Under the pieces are notes generated by a model. It worked only from the letters and a program-made list of their open reading frames with translations. It did not search any database and had not been told where the DNA came from. A stretch of DNA of 64,000 nt from an uncultured cyanobacterium. GTDB taxonomy: Bacteria > Cyanobacteriota > Cyanobacteriia > Phormidesmidales > Phormidesmidaceae. The translations under genes were made by a program, and so were the position numbers. Positions 32,184-41,856 of this stretch are shown here, one piece after another; position 1 is the stretch's first letter; each line of letters starts with the position of its first letter. The stretch is from the NCBI GenBank assembly GCA_963793265.1, contig CAWBZI010000002.1:576001-640000 (forward strand), given 5' to 3'.

Positions 32184-33155
32184 TTACGGCTGATTGAGAA
32201 CGGTTTGGGCAATGTCAGTCGGGATGTTTTGACGCTGAAAGTAGGCTTGAATGCGCGCTTGCCGAACCTGCCAGGGAATCAGCTCGCTGCCGATGATTTT
32301 GATGAGCTTGCGACAGTAGAACAAGAGGTATTTCCACTTCGGAATAGAGGGCTCAGCGCGGTGAATGCTGTTGACCATGTGCTCAACGTTGTGGGGCGAT
32401 CGCCTGCTCGAAAGGCTCTTAAGCACTTGCCATTTATCAGCTAGTCGGGCACTTGTAGCCCACTGAATCCACAGTGGCATGTAGCGAATCACATCTGCTG
32501 GGCGGTAGTCGGTTGTTGCCCGCAGATGACTCGATAGCTGGGCGGTGTAGCCATTTCGCTTAGCCCGGCAGATGTATTCAAAGTCACCACCGTAGTGCCG
32601 AAAGCGCTGAATATCGGGCAGGCCAATGTCGGCTATAATCCGGGTCGGTAAAACTGCAATGTTGCCGTTGAGCGTATCGACGTTGAGAACAGGGCGATCA
32701 AATTGTGCAATGTCGTTGATAAGCTGGCTGGCGATAACGCCGCCGAAGACAATCCAATCAGGATGCTTTTGATCGCAGATGACGCCGCCTGTGAGCGTTT
32801 TAGCCTCGGGTTCTTTGAGCTGAATAACCTGGCTGATGAAGTCGTCGGCTAGGGTAATGTCGTCGTTTAGCCAAATTATGTAGTCGGTGTGAAGGGTGTC
32901 GGCTGCGTAGGTCATGGCTTGTGCGATCGCCCCTGTCCACCACAGCTCACCATCACCTCGCAACAAATGGACATTGGGAAAGCTTGTCTCAATTAGCTCA
33001 GGTGTGCCGTCAGTAGAACCATCATCTACTACGACTATCTGCACGTCTTTGGCATGTAGATTTTGATTTACTATTTGCTCGGTAAGCTGCTGTAAGATTG
33101 CGCTGGTAAAGGCTTTTCGGTTGCGAACTGGGATAGCGATCGCAAAACTAGACAT
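32184..33155 (-). CDS. Glycosyltransferase family 2
   Basis: IPVRNR, VVVDDGSTDGT, LWWTGA, WLNDD, HYGGD. Confidence 0.92.
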   Translation of the reverse strand: MSSFAIAIPVRNRKAFTSAILQQLTEQIVNQNLHAKDVQIVVVDDGSTDGTPELIETSFPNVHLLRGDGELWWTGAIAQAMTYAADTLHTDYIIWLNDDITLADDFISQVIQLKEPEAKTLTGGVICDQKHPDWIVFGGVIASQLINDIAQFDRPVLNVDTLNGNIAVLPTRIIADIGLPDIQRFRHYGGDFEYICRAKRNGYTAQLSSHLRATTDYRPADVIRYMPLWIQWATSARLADKWQVLKSLSSRRSPHNVEHMVNSIHRAEPSIPKWKYLLFYCRKLIKIIGSELIPWQVRQARIQAYFQRQNIPTDIAQTVLNQP

Positions 33156-33320
33156 AACGCTTTTCAGGTAAAACTCACCTTATTTATGCCCATTTGTCAA
33201 ATCAATAGAGCATCAAAAATTAATACAACTTCTACGGATTTGTGCTTAGCTAATCGCGTAACGAATAGGAACTGACAGGGCTGGAAATCATCAGGCGAAG
33301 GTGTTAAGCTCTATCACTAA

Positions 33321-33368
33321 ATGCTATATGTAGCGTTTTTAGGTTCTGCTTAGCACTACATACGCTAC
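33321..33368 (+). promoter_or_regulatory. Probable NrdR box(es) upstream of nrdJ
   Basis: ATGCTATATGTAGCGT (33321-33336) fits acaCwAtATaTwGtg; weaker GCACTACATACGCTAC starts 32 bp later. Confidence 0.6.
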
Positions 33369-33395
33369 AAAAGCGCCCACTCATCTCTTAAAGCC

Positions 33396-35591
33396 ATGGT
33401 TCAAGAACTTGATCGCATTCGTCTGAAAAACAAACAGAAAAGTCCTTTTCCTGAAACTGCGCCTGCGGCCTATCCTGTGTTCTATCGCACCTATAGCCGT
33501 CGGTTTGAAGGCGGGCGGCGTGAGAGTTGGCATGAGGTATGCGATCGCACACTCACCGGATTAGTAGAACTCGGCAAGCTCACTGACGAAGAGCGCGATC
33601 TGGTTTCTAAAATGCAGCGCAACCTCAAAGCGATGCCCTCGGGCCGATGGCTGTGGGTTGGTGGTACAGAGTGGAGCAAAAATCCTAAAAACTTTTCGGG
33701 CGCTTACAACTGCACAAGCACGAACGTTGTGGACTGGCGTGCGTTTGGCCTGATGATGGATTTAGCCATGATGGGCTGTGGTACGGGCGCGGTGCTGGAG
33801 CCAAAGTACATCAGTCAGCTCCCTGCGATTCGTAACAAGATTACGGTCAAGATGCGGGGTGATGTGGGCATGACCATTGCTAGCCAGCGTCGGGAAGAGG
33901 CAGATGTTGAGATAGATACTGAGAATAATCGGGTTGTAATTGTTGCAGGTGACAGCCGTCAGGGCTGGGTGAAGTCTTATCAAACGCTGCTAGAAACTTC
34001 TACGGATGAGCGGTTTGAGGGCGAGGTAGAGATCGTTGTAGACCTGAGTGACGTGCGGCCTGCGGGTGAGCGGCTGAATGGATTTGGCGGGATGGCGAAT
34101 CCGGTAAAGCTGCCTGAGCTATATGAGCGCTGCGCCAAAATTTTGAACAATGCGATTGGGCGAAAGCTGAATTCGATTGAGTGCTGCTTGCTGATTGATG
34201 AGGCTGCGGCCTGTGTGGTGGCCGGAAATATTCGAAGATCCGCTGGCATGAGGCAGTTTGATAGCAATGATGATGTTGCTACGGGCGCAAAGGAAAACTT
34301 GTGGCAGCAGGATGAGGCAGGTAATTGGCGAATTGACCCAACGCGCGATGTGCTGAGAATGGCAAATCATACGCGGGTTTATCATGAAAAGCCTTCAAAA
34401 GACGATGTGCTCAATGCAGTTCGCAAGCAATTTCATTCGGGTGAAGGTGCTATTCAGTGGGCAGGGGAAGCAGAGCGGAGAGCTGGTGGAAAAGGAAGAT
34501 ATGGTCTGAATCCATGCGGTGAGATTATTGGGCAGGATTTTCACTGCAACTTGGCTGAGATTCATCTGAACCAGATTTCACCAAGGGATGAGCAGGAGCA
34601 GGAAGACGCATTTAAGGCTGGCGCGATCGCTGTAGCCGCCCTCCTAAACCACCAATTCCAAGAACCTCGCTACCAGCAGTCCCGAGAGGAAGACCCGATT
34701 GTAGGCGTTTCCTTCACAGGCTTCTTTGACTTTTGCGTCAAGGCATTCGGTGTGGAATGGCTGCAATGGTTTGAAGATGGTCGGCCTGATACGATGCAGG
34801 GCTTGGAGTTTAAGGAAAAGGAAGCGGCTTATTTAAGCCGGTGGAAAAAGGTCGTGCATGAAACCGTTTGGGAGTATTGCGATCGCCACCAAATCCGCCG
34901 ACCCAACCGCTGCACTACCGTCCAACCAGCAGGCACCAAAAGTCTGCTTACGGGAGCATCTTCTGGCTGGCATCCGCCCAAGGCACAGCGATTCATTCGC
35001 CGCATTACCTTCCGCAAAGATGATCCGGTTGCATTAGCCTGTATCGCCTACGGCTACTCGGTGATTCCGTCACAGGCTGATAAGGATGAAAACGGCAACT
35101 TGCTCAACGATCCGTTTGATCCGCGCTGTACTGAGTGGCTCGTTGAGCTGCCGGTAGAGGTGGACTGGGCGAATTTGCCGGGGGCCGATGAGGTGGCGAT
35201 TGAGAAGTTCACGGCGCTGGCGCAGTTTGACTTTTATATGCAGGTGCAGAAGCACTACACCGCGCATAATACGTCTGCGACAGTGGAGCTAAGAGAGCAC
35301 GAGGTTGAGCCTTTGGCTGAGCGGATCTATAGCGCAATTGAGAATGACGAAGGGTATATCTCGGCGGCGCTGCTGGCGCGGTTTGATGATGTGCAGACGT
35401 TTCCGAGACTGCCGTTTGAGCCGATTACAAAAGCTGAGTATGAAAAGATGTTGGCAGGGGTGCGATCACGTCGAACCACTGAGAACTTCCATGCGGCATT
35501 AGAAACGCACGATGCGGGTGAACTGGTAGAAGCAGGCCCGGCAGGCTGTGACTCTGATAAGTGCCTGATGCCTGAGGCTAAGCCTGACTAG
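33396..35591 (+). CDS. nrdJ: Adenosylcobalamin-dependent (class II) ribonucleoside-triphosphate reductase
   Basis: PSGRWLW, AYNCTS, VVAGNIRRSA, GLNPCGEI, CNLAE, TTVQPAGTKS, C-terminal CDSDKC. Confidence 0.95.
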   Translation: MVQELDRIRLKNKQKSPFPETAPAAYPVFYRTYSRRFEGGRRESWHEVCDRTLTGLVELGKLTDEERDLVSKMQRNLKAMPSGRWLWVGGTEWSKNPKNFSGAYNCTSTNVVDWRAFGLMMDLAMMGCGTGAVLEPKYISQLPAIRNKITVKMRGDVGMTIASQRREEADVEIDTENNRVVIVAGDSRQGWVKSYQTLLETSTDERFEGEVEIVVDLSDVRPAGERLNGFGGMANPVKLPELYERCAKILNNAIGRKLNSIECCLLIDEAAACVVAGNIRRSAGMRQFDSNDDVATGAKENLWQQDEAGNWRIDPTRDVLRMANHTRVYHEKPSKDDVLNAVRKQFHSGEGAIQWAGEAERRAGGKGRYGLNPCGEIIGQDFHCNLAEIHLNQISPRDEQEQEDAFKAGAIAVAALLNHQFQEPRYQQSREEDPIVGVSFTGFFDFCVKAFGVEWLQWFEDGRPDTMQGLEFKEKEAAYLSRWKKVVHETVWEYCDRHQIRRPNRCTTVQPAGTKSLLTGASSGWHPPKAQRFIRRITFRKDDPVALACIAYGYSVIPSQADKDENGNLLNDPFDPRCTEWLVELPVEVDWANLPGADEVAIEKFTALAQFDFYMQVQKHYTAHNTSATVELREHEVEPLAERIYSAIENDEGYISAALLARFDDVQTFPRLPFEPITKAEYEKMLAGVRSRRTTENFHAALETHDAGELVEAGPAGCDSDKCLMPEAKPD

Positions 35592-35661
35592 CAAAAGGTC
35601 TGAAGCTGACGGAAAAGCTGACAGATGTTACGGTTCAACAAGCTAAATTGATTCAATAGGC

Positions 35662-35701
35662 AAAAGGGGAATGCTCTACCGGAGGGCGTTCCCTTTTTTT
35701 T
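35662..35701 (+). terminator. Intrinsic terminator after nrdJ
   Basis: GGGAATGCTCT-loop-AGGGCGTTCCC followed by a long T-run. Confidence 0.85.
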
Positions 35702-35872
35702 GCTTTTTCCGGCTCTTTTTTGACATCCTCTTTGGAAGATTTTCAGGAATCAACCTAGTATTTACGGTATCTACTTGCACGATAGAGTGAGATTCCTTGA
35801 TATCAAGAGCGAGTCTTGGAAAGATGGAAAAGTCCTTGGCATTCTGTCCGTTTAGTCCTTAAGAGCAATCCT

Positions 35873-36577
35873 GTGCAATCAGTTTATTGGTTTTGTTTTG
35901 TAATTGGCGGCGTTTTTGTTGCCCTGTCTATCTTTGGCGGTGGCGAACTGCTAGACGCGGACGGTGATTTTGACGCGGACGTAGATGTCGATTTCGACGC
36001 GGACGGTGATCTAGACGCTGATTTTGATGCCGATGTCGATTTGGATGCTGATGCGGATCTAGATACTGGTACAGATGTGCAGATGGACACCGATGTCGAT
36101 TTGCTGCGCGATCGCCGTCGCCGTCGCCGCATACCAGGCTGGCTATCAATGCTGATGAGCTTTAAGTTCTGGACGTTTGGCGGCTGCTTTTTTGGCTTGA
36201 CAGGGTTGGTAATTGGCGCGACTGAGCCAGGTTTGTCTGTGGCGGTTGTGTTTGCGATCGCCTTAGCCATTGGCTTAATCTGCGGTGGTACACTCGTCAG
36301 CGCTCTACGTAGCTTAAAAGGTCGTCAGGTCAGCAGCATGGTACGAAACGAAGATTTTGCTGGGCTGCTTGGCACTGTAGAGCTACCGTTCGATGCGAGT
36401 AGCAAGGGCAAAGTGGTTTTGGAAGTTGGCGGCAGTACGCTCCATTTGGTCGCACAAACCGATGAGGAAAAGGCTTTTGTAGTCGGAGAGCCCGTACTCG
36501 TGGTCGGTCGTACGAATAACCGGCTTTGGGTCGTCTCATCAGAAGGCAGCTTTAATTCAATCAGCGAAGAAGTTTAA
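35873..36577 (+). CDS. NfeD/YqiJ-like membrane protein with Asp-rich repeat loop (start likely GTG 35873)
   Basis: N-terminal TM, (D-x)n tract, two more TMs, C-terminal OB-fold-like GKV...A....F..GE.VLVV; directly upstream of flotillins. Confidence 0.8.
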   Translation: MQSVYWFCFVIGGVFVALSIFGGGELLDADGDFDADVDVDFDADGDLDADFDADVDLDADADLDTGTDVQMDTDVDLLRDRRRRRRIPGWLSMLMSFKFWTFGGCFFGLTGLVIGATEPGLSVAVVFAIALAIGLICGGTLVSALRSLKGRQVSSMVRNEDFAGLLGTVELPFDASSKGKVVLEVGGSTLHLVAQTDEEKAFVVGEPVLVVGRTNNRLWVVSSEGSFNSISEEV

Positions 36578-36634
36578 GCGACTCTCTCTCAATCATTCAC
36601 ATAGATCATTCACCGATAGAAGGATGGATACGTT

Positions 36635-38095
36635 ATGGATCAACCCACTTTTGAAGGTATGTCTGCACCGGAAATGTCGCAACAGGGAGATCAGCAAATG
36701 ATGTCTTTACGAACAGAGCAGATCGTTGACACGTTCAACAGTTTTCAGCCAATACAGGCAACGGCGGCAATTGATGCAGGGGCCGTGGGCGCGATCGCCG
36801 TAGGCTTCGTCGTCCTTGGTTCGGCTTTTGCTCTGATCAAGTCTTCTCTACGAATTTGTCAGCCCAACGAAATTTTAATTGTTTCGGGTCGTAAGTATAA
36901 GCAACAGAACGGGTTAGAAGTCGGCTATCGCGTTATTTTTGGCGGTCGGGCCTTTGTGATTCCGATTATCGAGCAGGTGGAAAAAATGGACATGACCACC
37001 ATGCCGATTCCCGTAGAGGTGACGAACTCTTATGCAAAAGGAGGGACGCCGCTGAATATTCAGGCGATCGCGACCGTGAAAATCTCTAGCCAACGCGGCG
37101 TAGTTGGCAATGCCATTGAGCGATTTTTAGGCCGCAACCGCTCAGAGATTGAGCGCGTCGTTCGCGAAACGCTAGAAGGTAACTTGCGTGGCGTCGTTGC
37201 CAACCTCACGCCAGAGCAGGTTAACGAAGATAGGCTTAATTTCGCTCAGCGAATTGCTGAAGATGTCGCTCGCGATCTCAATAAGCTGGGCCTGCATCTA
37301 GACACGCTTAAAGTGCAAAGCGTTACCGACGATGTAGACTATCTCAGCTCGATTGGTCGCCGCCAGATTGCCAATATCATTCGCGATGCTGAAATTGCTG
37401 AAGCTGAAGCGCTAGGAGAAGCTGACCGCATAGAGTCTGACTGTCAGCGGCGATCGGAGGTGTTTAAGTCTCAAGCACTGACCGTCATTCAAGAGAAGCA
37501 AAACCAGCTTCGTAAAATTAAAGCCGAACTTGACCAGCGCTCTAAGTCTGAAGAAGAGCGGACGGCGGCAGCGGCCAAAGAAGCTAGGGCTAGAGCCGAA
37601 CAGCAGCTTCAAACGGTGAGAGCTAAGCTAGAGCGTTTGCGTTTAGAAGCTGAGCAGGTGCTACCGGCTGAAGCGCGTAAAGAAGCTCAGGCGCTTCAAG
37701 CGAAGGGCGCGGCGGCTGAGGTTGCGGAGAATGCGAAGGCGGCGGCTGAAGTGAACGAAATGCTGGCTCAGGTTTGGGAGAAAACCGGCAGCGATGCGAC
37801 TCAGATCTTTTTGCTACAGCAGATTGACATGGTGCTTAAAGAAGCCGCTTCGATTCCTCACAAGATGAACTTAGAGAACATTAACGTCATTGACAACGGC
37901 GATGGTAAGTCAATTGCGAGCCTCGCAAATGTCTATCCCGAGATTGTTAGACAGTTCTTGGTTCAGGTAGAACAAACGCTTGGAATTGATGTAGCCGGTA
38001 CGCTCAGCCAGCGGAACCTAGCTAGCAACGGTTCATCTAGCAACGGTGCAGAGAATGGCTCACAGACGGCAGTGCCCGTCGCACCTACGGCGTAA
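36635..38095 (+). CDS. Flotillin/SPFH domain protein
   Basis: ICQPNEILIVSG, ETLEGNLRGVVANLTPEQVN, Ala/Glu-rich coiled coil. Confidence 0.92.
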   Translation: MDQPTFEGMSAPEMSQQGDQQMMSLRTEQIVDTFNSFQPIQATAAIDAGAVGAIAVGFVVLGSAFALIKSSLRICQPNEILIVSGRKYKQQNGLEVGYRVIFGGRAFVIPIIEQVEKMDMTTMPIPVEVTNSYAKGGTPLNIQAIATVKISSQRGVVGNAIERFLGRNRSEIERVVRETLEGNLRGVVANLTPEQVNEDRLNFAQRIAEDVARDLNKLGLHLDTLKVQSVTDDVDYLSSIGRRQIANIIRDAEIAEAEALGEADRIESDCQRRSEVFKSQALTVIQEKQNQLRKIKAELDQRSKSEEERTAAAAKEARARAEQQLQTVRAKLERLRLEAEQVLPAEARKEAQALQAKGAAAEVAENAKAAAEVNEMLAQVWEKTGSDATQIFLLQQIDMVLKEAASIPHKMNLENINVIDNGDGKSIASLANVYPEIVRQFLVQVEQTLGIDVAGTLSQRNLASNGSSSNGAENGSQTAVPVAPTA

Positions 38096-38151
38096 AGCAC
38101 TATTCGATTGCAGATTCTTTTTAGAAAACACTCACCAGGAGAGTTACAACC

Positions 38152-39444
38152 ATGGGTTTTATTCTTGCCATTTTAGCCACCGCTGCGGGCTCTGGCTATT
38201 TCATCGTCAAGAACCTTTACTACGTCTGTCAGCCCAACGAGATTTTGATATTTGCGGGCACTAAGCAGAAGTCAGGCGATCGCAATCTCGGCTACCGACT
38301 CATCAAAGGCGGCAACAGCATTCGCACACCCCTGCTTGAAAAAGTGATGCGAATGAACCTGAGCAACATGATCATTGAGCTAAAAGTTTCTAACTCCTAC
38401 TCCAAAGGCGGCATTCCGCTACAGGTAGAAGGCGTTGCTAACATTAAAATTGCGGGCGAAGAGCCAACGATTCATAACGCGATTGAGAGACTGTTAGGCA
38501 AGCCTCGCAAAGAGATTGAGAAAATTGCGAAAGAGACTTTGGAAGGGAACTTGCGTGGTGTACTTGCCAGCCTAACGCCCGAGCAGGTGAATCAAGACAA
38601 AATCGCTTTTGCTAAAAGTCTGCTAGAAGAAGCGGAAGAAGACCTTGAAAAGCTTGGTTTGGTGCTAGACACGCTACAGATTCAGAATATCTCTGACGAC
38701 GTGCGATATCTTGATTCTTTAGGCCGCAAGCAGCAGGCTGACTTGCAGCGCGATGCTCGAATTGCTGAGGCCGAAGCCCGTGCTGAATCTGAAGTACAAG
38801 CGGCTGAAAACAAGAAAATTACGGCTGTTCGCCGGTTAGAGCGCGATATTGGCGTTGCCCAAGCGGCGGCTGAGCAGCGAACTCAAGATGCACTCACAGG
38901 GCGAGCGGCGGTTGTGGCAGAGGCGGAGGCGGAGATTGCCGCTGAGCTGGCGCGGATTCAGGCGGATGTGCCTGTGCAGGAGGAGCGGATTAAGCAGGTT
39001 GTGCAGCAGCTAAAGGCGGACGTGATTGCTCCGGCTGAAGCGGACTGTAAGCGTGCGATCGCCCAGGCCCAAGGTAATGCCTCGGTCATCCTTGAAGAAG
39101 GTAAAGCTCAAGCCGAAGGTACGCTCAGACTTGCTGAGTCTTGGGTAGCCGCAGGCGACAGCGCTCGCGATATCTTCTTACTGCAAAAGCTAGAGGGACT
39201 GCTAAAGACGCTGACTTCGACAGTGCCGCCAATTTCCGTGCAAAACGTGACGGTGATCGATACAAAGTCAGGCAACTTGGCGACTCAGGCGGCGGCTTTC
39301 ATGACGCAGCTTAAGCAGACCGCTGGTGTGGATGTTGCTGGTGCTATCAACGGCTTTGGGCGAGGCGATCAATCTGTCAGTGATGCAGATATCGCCAGGC
39401 TGAAGCAGCTTGTGCAAATCGATTCGCAATCTACCGACGCTTGA
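38152..39444 (+). CDS. Flotillin/SPFH domain protein (paralog)
   Basis: VCQPNEILIFAG, ETLEGNLRGVLASLTPEQVN, AEAEA coiled coil. Confidence 0.92.
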   Translation: MGFILAILATAAGSGYFIVKNLYYVCQPNEILIFAGTKQKSGDRNLGYRLIKGGNSIRTPLLEKVMRMNLSNMIIELKVSNSYSKGGIPLQVEGVANIKIAGEEPTIHNAIERLLGKPRKEIEKIAKETLEGNLRGVLASLTPEQVNQDKIAFAKSLLEEAEEDLEKLGLVLDTLQIQNISDDVRYLDSLGRKQQADLQRDARIAEAEARAESEVQAAENKKITAVRRLERDIGVAQAAAEQRTQDALTGRAAVVAEAEAEIAAELARIQADVPVQEERIKQVVQQLKADVIAPAEADCKRAIAQAQGNASVILEEGKAQAEGTLRLAESWVAAGDSARDIFLLQKLEGLLKTLTSTVPPISVQNVTVIDTKSGNLATQAAAFMTQLKQTAGVDVAGAINGFGRGDQSVSDADIARLKQLVQIDSQSTDA

Positions 39445-39548
39445 ACTTAGGGAGGGGACGTAATCTAGAGGCTCACTATATAATTGAGCCTGCGCTAGCT
39501 TAATTGCTGGCGTACATTCGTTAAAGTTGTGCCCTTCAAACAATATCC

Positions 39549-40367
39549 ATGAGACTTTCCCCCGCTGGCCAGCGCTTTTACCAAGAGGTTCAAAAAGCGG
39601 AGGGGCGAATTAATCTAGCAGCCGCAGCGCTCTACATTGCGCAAGAAGACTACTGGGATATGGCTCCTGGAGAGTACCTTGAGAAGCTAGATACGATGGC
39701 AAGAGAAGTGCGATCGCGCCTTCCTCCCGGTCGCTATCCGCTCAAAATTATTCAGGTCATTAACGACTATTTGTTTGGCGAACTCAAGTTTTCGGGCAAC
39801 GCTCAAGACTATTACAATCCTGACAATAGCTGCCTTAACTGCGTAATCGACCGGCGGTTAGGCATTCCAATCACGCTTTCGCTGGTTTATTTAGAAATTG
39901 CCCGGCGCATTCAGTTCCCGATGGTGGGGGTGGGAATGCCTGGGCATTTTTTGGTGCGTCCGATAGTCGATGACATGGAAGTATTTGTTGATCCGTTTAA
40001 TCAGGGCGAGGTGATGTTTTTGGCAGACTGCCAGGGACGCTTTCGACAGCAGTACGGGCCAGATATTGAGTGGAAAAATGAGTTTGTCAGCGGGGTGACG
40101 CCGAAAGTTTTTTTGATGCGGATGCTGCTGAACTTGAAAATGGTCTATCTGAATTTGGAATCGTTTGAAAAGGCCGTGGCGACTTTGGATAAGCTGCTGA
40201 TTTTGATGCCACAGCAGCCGCAGCACGTGCGCGATCGCGGTCTTTTACACTACGAATTGCAGAACTACGAGCTTGCTCAGCAAGACTTGAAGGGATATTT
40301 GCGATCGCACCCCCGCGCGCCCGACAGCCAAAAAATCCAAATCATCCTAAACAAAATTGGCCTGTAG
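39549..40367 (+). CDS. SirB1 family (transglutaminase-like plus TPR) protein
   Basis: YYNPDNS.LN.VIDRR.GIPITLS, GMPGHF, RDRGLL motifs. Confidence 0.88.
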   Translation: MRLSPAGQRFYQEVQKAEGRINLAAAALYIAQEDYWDMAPGEYLEKLDTMAREVRSRLPPGRYPLKIIQVINDYLFGELKFSGNAQDYYNPDNSCLNCVIDRRLGIPITLSLVYLEIARRIQFPMVGVGMPGHFLVRPIVDDMEVFVDPFNQGEVMFLADCQGRFRQQYGPDIEWKNEFVSGVTPKVFLMRMLLNLKMVYLNLESFEKAVATLDKLLILMPQQPQHVRDRGLLHYELQNYELAQQDLKGYLRSHPRAPDSQKIQIILNKIGL

Positions 40368-40464
40368 CAAAACTGGGTCACAAGACCGACACGCAGCAGC
40401 GCAGGTCTTTTTTGGTGATTCTTTTTGTTGATACAATCTAAACCTTATTTGAAAGGCGAAGTGA

Positions 40465-41241
40465 ATGGATGTCATCCCGGCTATTGACCTGCTTGAAGGG
40501 CGCTGTGTAAGGCTGTTTCAGGGCGATTACGCGCAGTCTCAGGTGTTTAACGAAAATCCGGTGGAAGTGGCCCGGCAGTGGGAGGCCGAAGGGGCAACGC
40601 GGCTGCATTTAGTAGATTTGGATGGCGCAAAGGCGGGGAAGCCGGAAAACTGGCAGGCGATTGAGGCGATCGCTCGCGCGGTGAATTTGCCTATTCAGGT
40701 GGGTGGGGGCTTGCGGGATAGCGATCGCGTCAGCGCCCTATTCGAGCTAGGCGTACAGTACGCAATTTTAGGCACCGTCGCCGTTGAAAGTCCAGATCTC
40801 GTCGGGCAACTGTGCGAGAGATTTCCCGGCCAGATTATTGTCGGAATTGACGCCCGTGAAGGCAAAGTAGCCACTCGTGGATGGCTAGAGACTTCTGAAG
40901 TAATGGCCGTTGAACTTGCGCAGCGGATGGGTGAAATGGGCGCAGCAGAAATTGTTTACACCGATATCAAGCGCGACGGCACGATGAAAGGCCCCAATAT
41001 GGAAGCGCTCAGGGAACTAGCTAATGCAATCGACACGCCCGTCATCGCCTCGGGTGGCGTTAGCTCGGTGTCTGATTTGATGAAACTGCTGAGCCTTGTG
41101 CCCTCTGGTGTGTCCGGTGCGATTGTCGGGAAAGCGCTCTATACCGGGGATGTATCGCTCAAAGAGGCGATTCGGGCTGTAGGGCCTGGGCGCTGGCAAG
41201 ATGTGCCACCTGCGGGCGGTGGGGGAAGTGTCATCGCGTAG
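40465..41241 (+). CDS. hisA: ProFAR isomerase
   Basis: [43 protein letters not shown]. Confidence 0.97.
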   Translation: MDVIPAIDLLEGRCVRLFQGDYAQSQVFNENPVEVARQWEAEGATRLHLVDLDGAKAGKPENWQAIEAIARAVNLPIQVGGGLRDSDRVSALFELGVQYAILGTVAVESPDLVGQLCERFPGQIIVGIDAREGKVATRGWLETSEVMAVELAQRMGEMGAAEIVYTDIKRDGTMKGPNMEALRELANAIDTPVIASGGVSSVSDLMKLLSLVPSGVSGAIVGKALYTGDVSLKEAIRAVGPGRWQDVPPAGGGGSVIA

Positions 41242-41337
41242 ATTTTGAAGGAAGTCGCCCTAGTATCCGTGCTGGGGCTATAGCAAGATAAGATAGCAAG
41301 GTTAAAACACGGGGCTAGAGGCCCTAATTTTTTTGCG

Positions 41338-41856
41338 ATGAAGCATACGCTTTCTGTATTGGTTGAAGATGAAGCGGGCGTTTTGACCCGAATTGCCGGG
41401 CTCTTTGCTCGGCGCGGCTTTAATATTGAAAGCCTAGCGGTAGGGCCAGCCGAGCAGCCTGGCATCTCGCGGATCACGATGGTTGTGCCCGGCGATGATT
41501 TGGTGATTGAGCAGCTTACTAAGCAGCTATACAAGCTGATTAACGTGCTCAAAGTGGATGACATCACCGAAACGCCTAGCGTTGAGCGCGAGCTGATGCT
41601 GCTAAAGGTAAGTGCAAACGGCCAAAATCGATCGGAAGTCGTAGGGCTCGCTCAAATTTTTAGGGCGCGTGTGGTCGATGTCTCTGAAGAGTCGCTGACG
41701 CTTGAAGTGGTAGGCGACCCTGGCAAAATGGTGGCGATTGAGCAGGTGCTTGACCGATTTGGCATTACTGAGATTGCTCGTACAGGTAAGATTGCGCTCA
41801 CGCGTGAGTCGGGCGTGAATACAGAGTATTTGAAATCTTTGGAGAGCCGGGTTTAG
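41338..41856 (+). CDS. ilvN: Acetolactate synthase small subunit
   Basis: [38 protein letters not shown]. Confidence 0.96.
   Translation: MKHTLSVLVEDEAGVLTRIAGLFARRGFNIESLAVGPAEQPGISRITMVVPGDDLVIEQLTKQLYKLINVLKVDDITETPSVERELMLLKVSANGQNRSEVVGLAQIFRARVVDVSEESLTLEVVGDPGKMVAIEQVLDRFGITEIARTGKIALTRESGVNTEYLKSLESRV

Noticed and set aside
33156..33395. Cobalamin riboswitch upstream of nrdJ (also looked for upstream of 45382)
   Set aside because: No B12-box or the conserved GGGAA and GCCCCCGC-type elements seen
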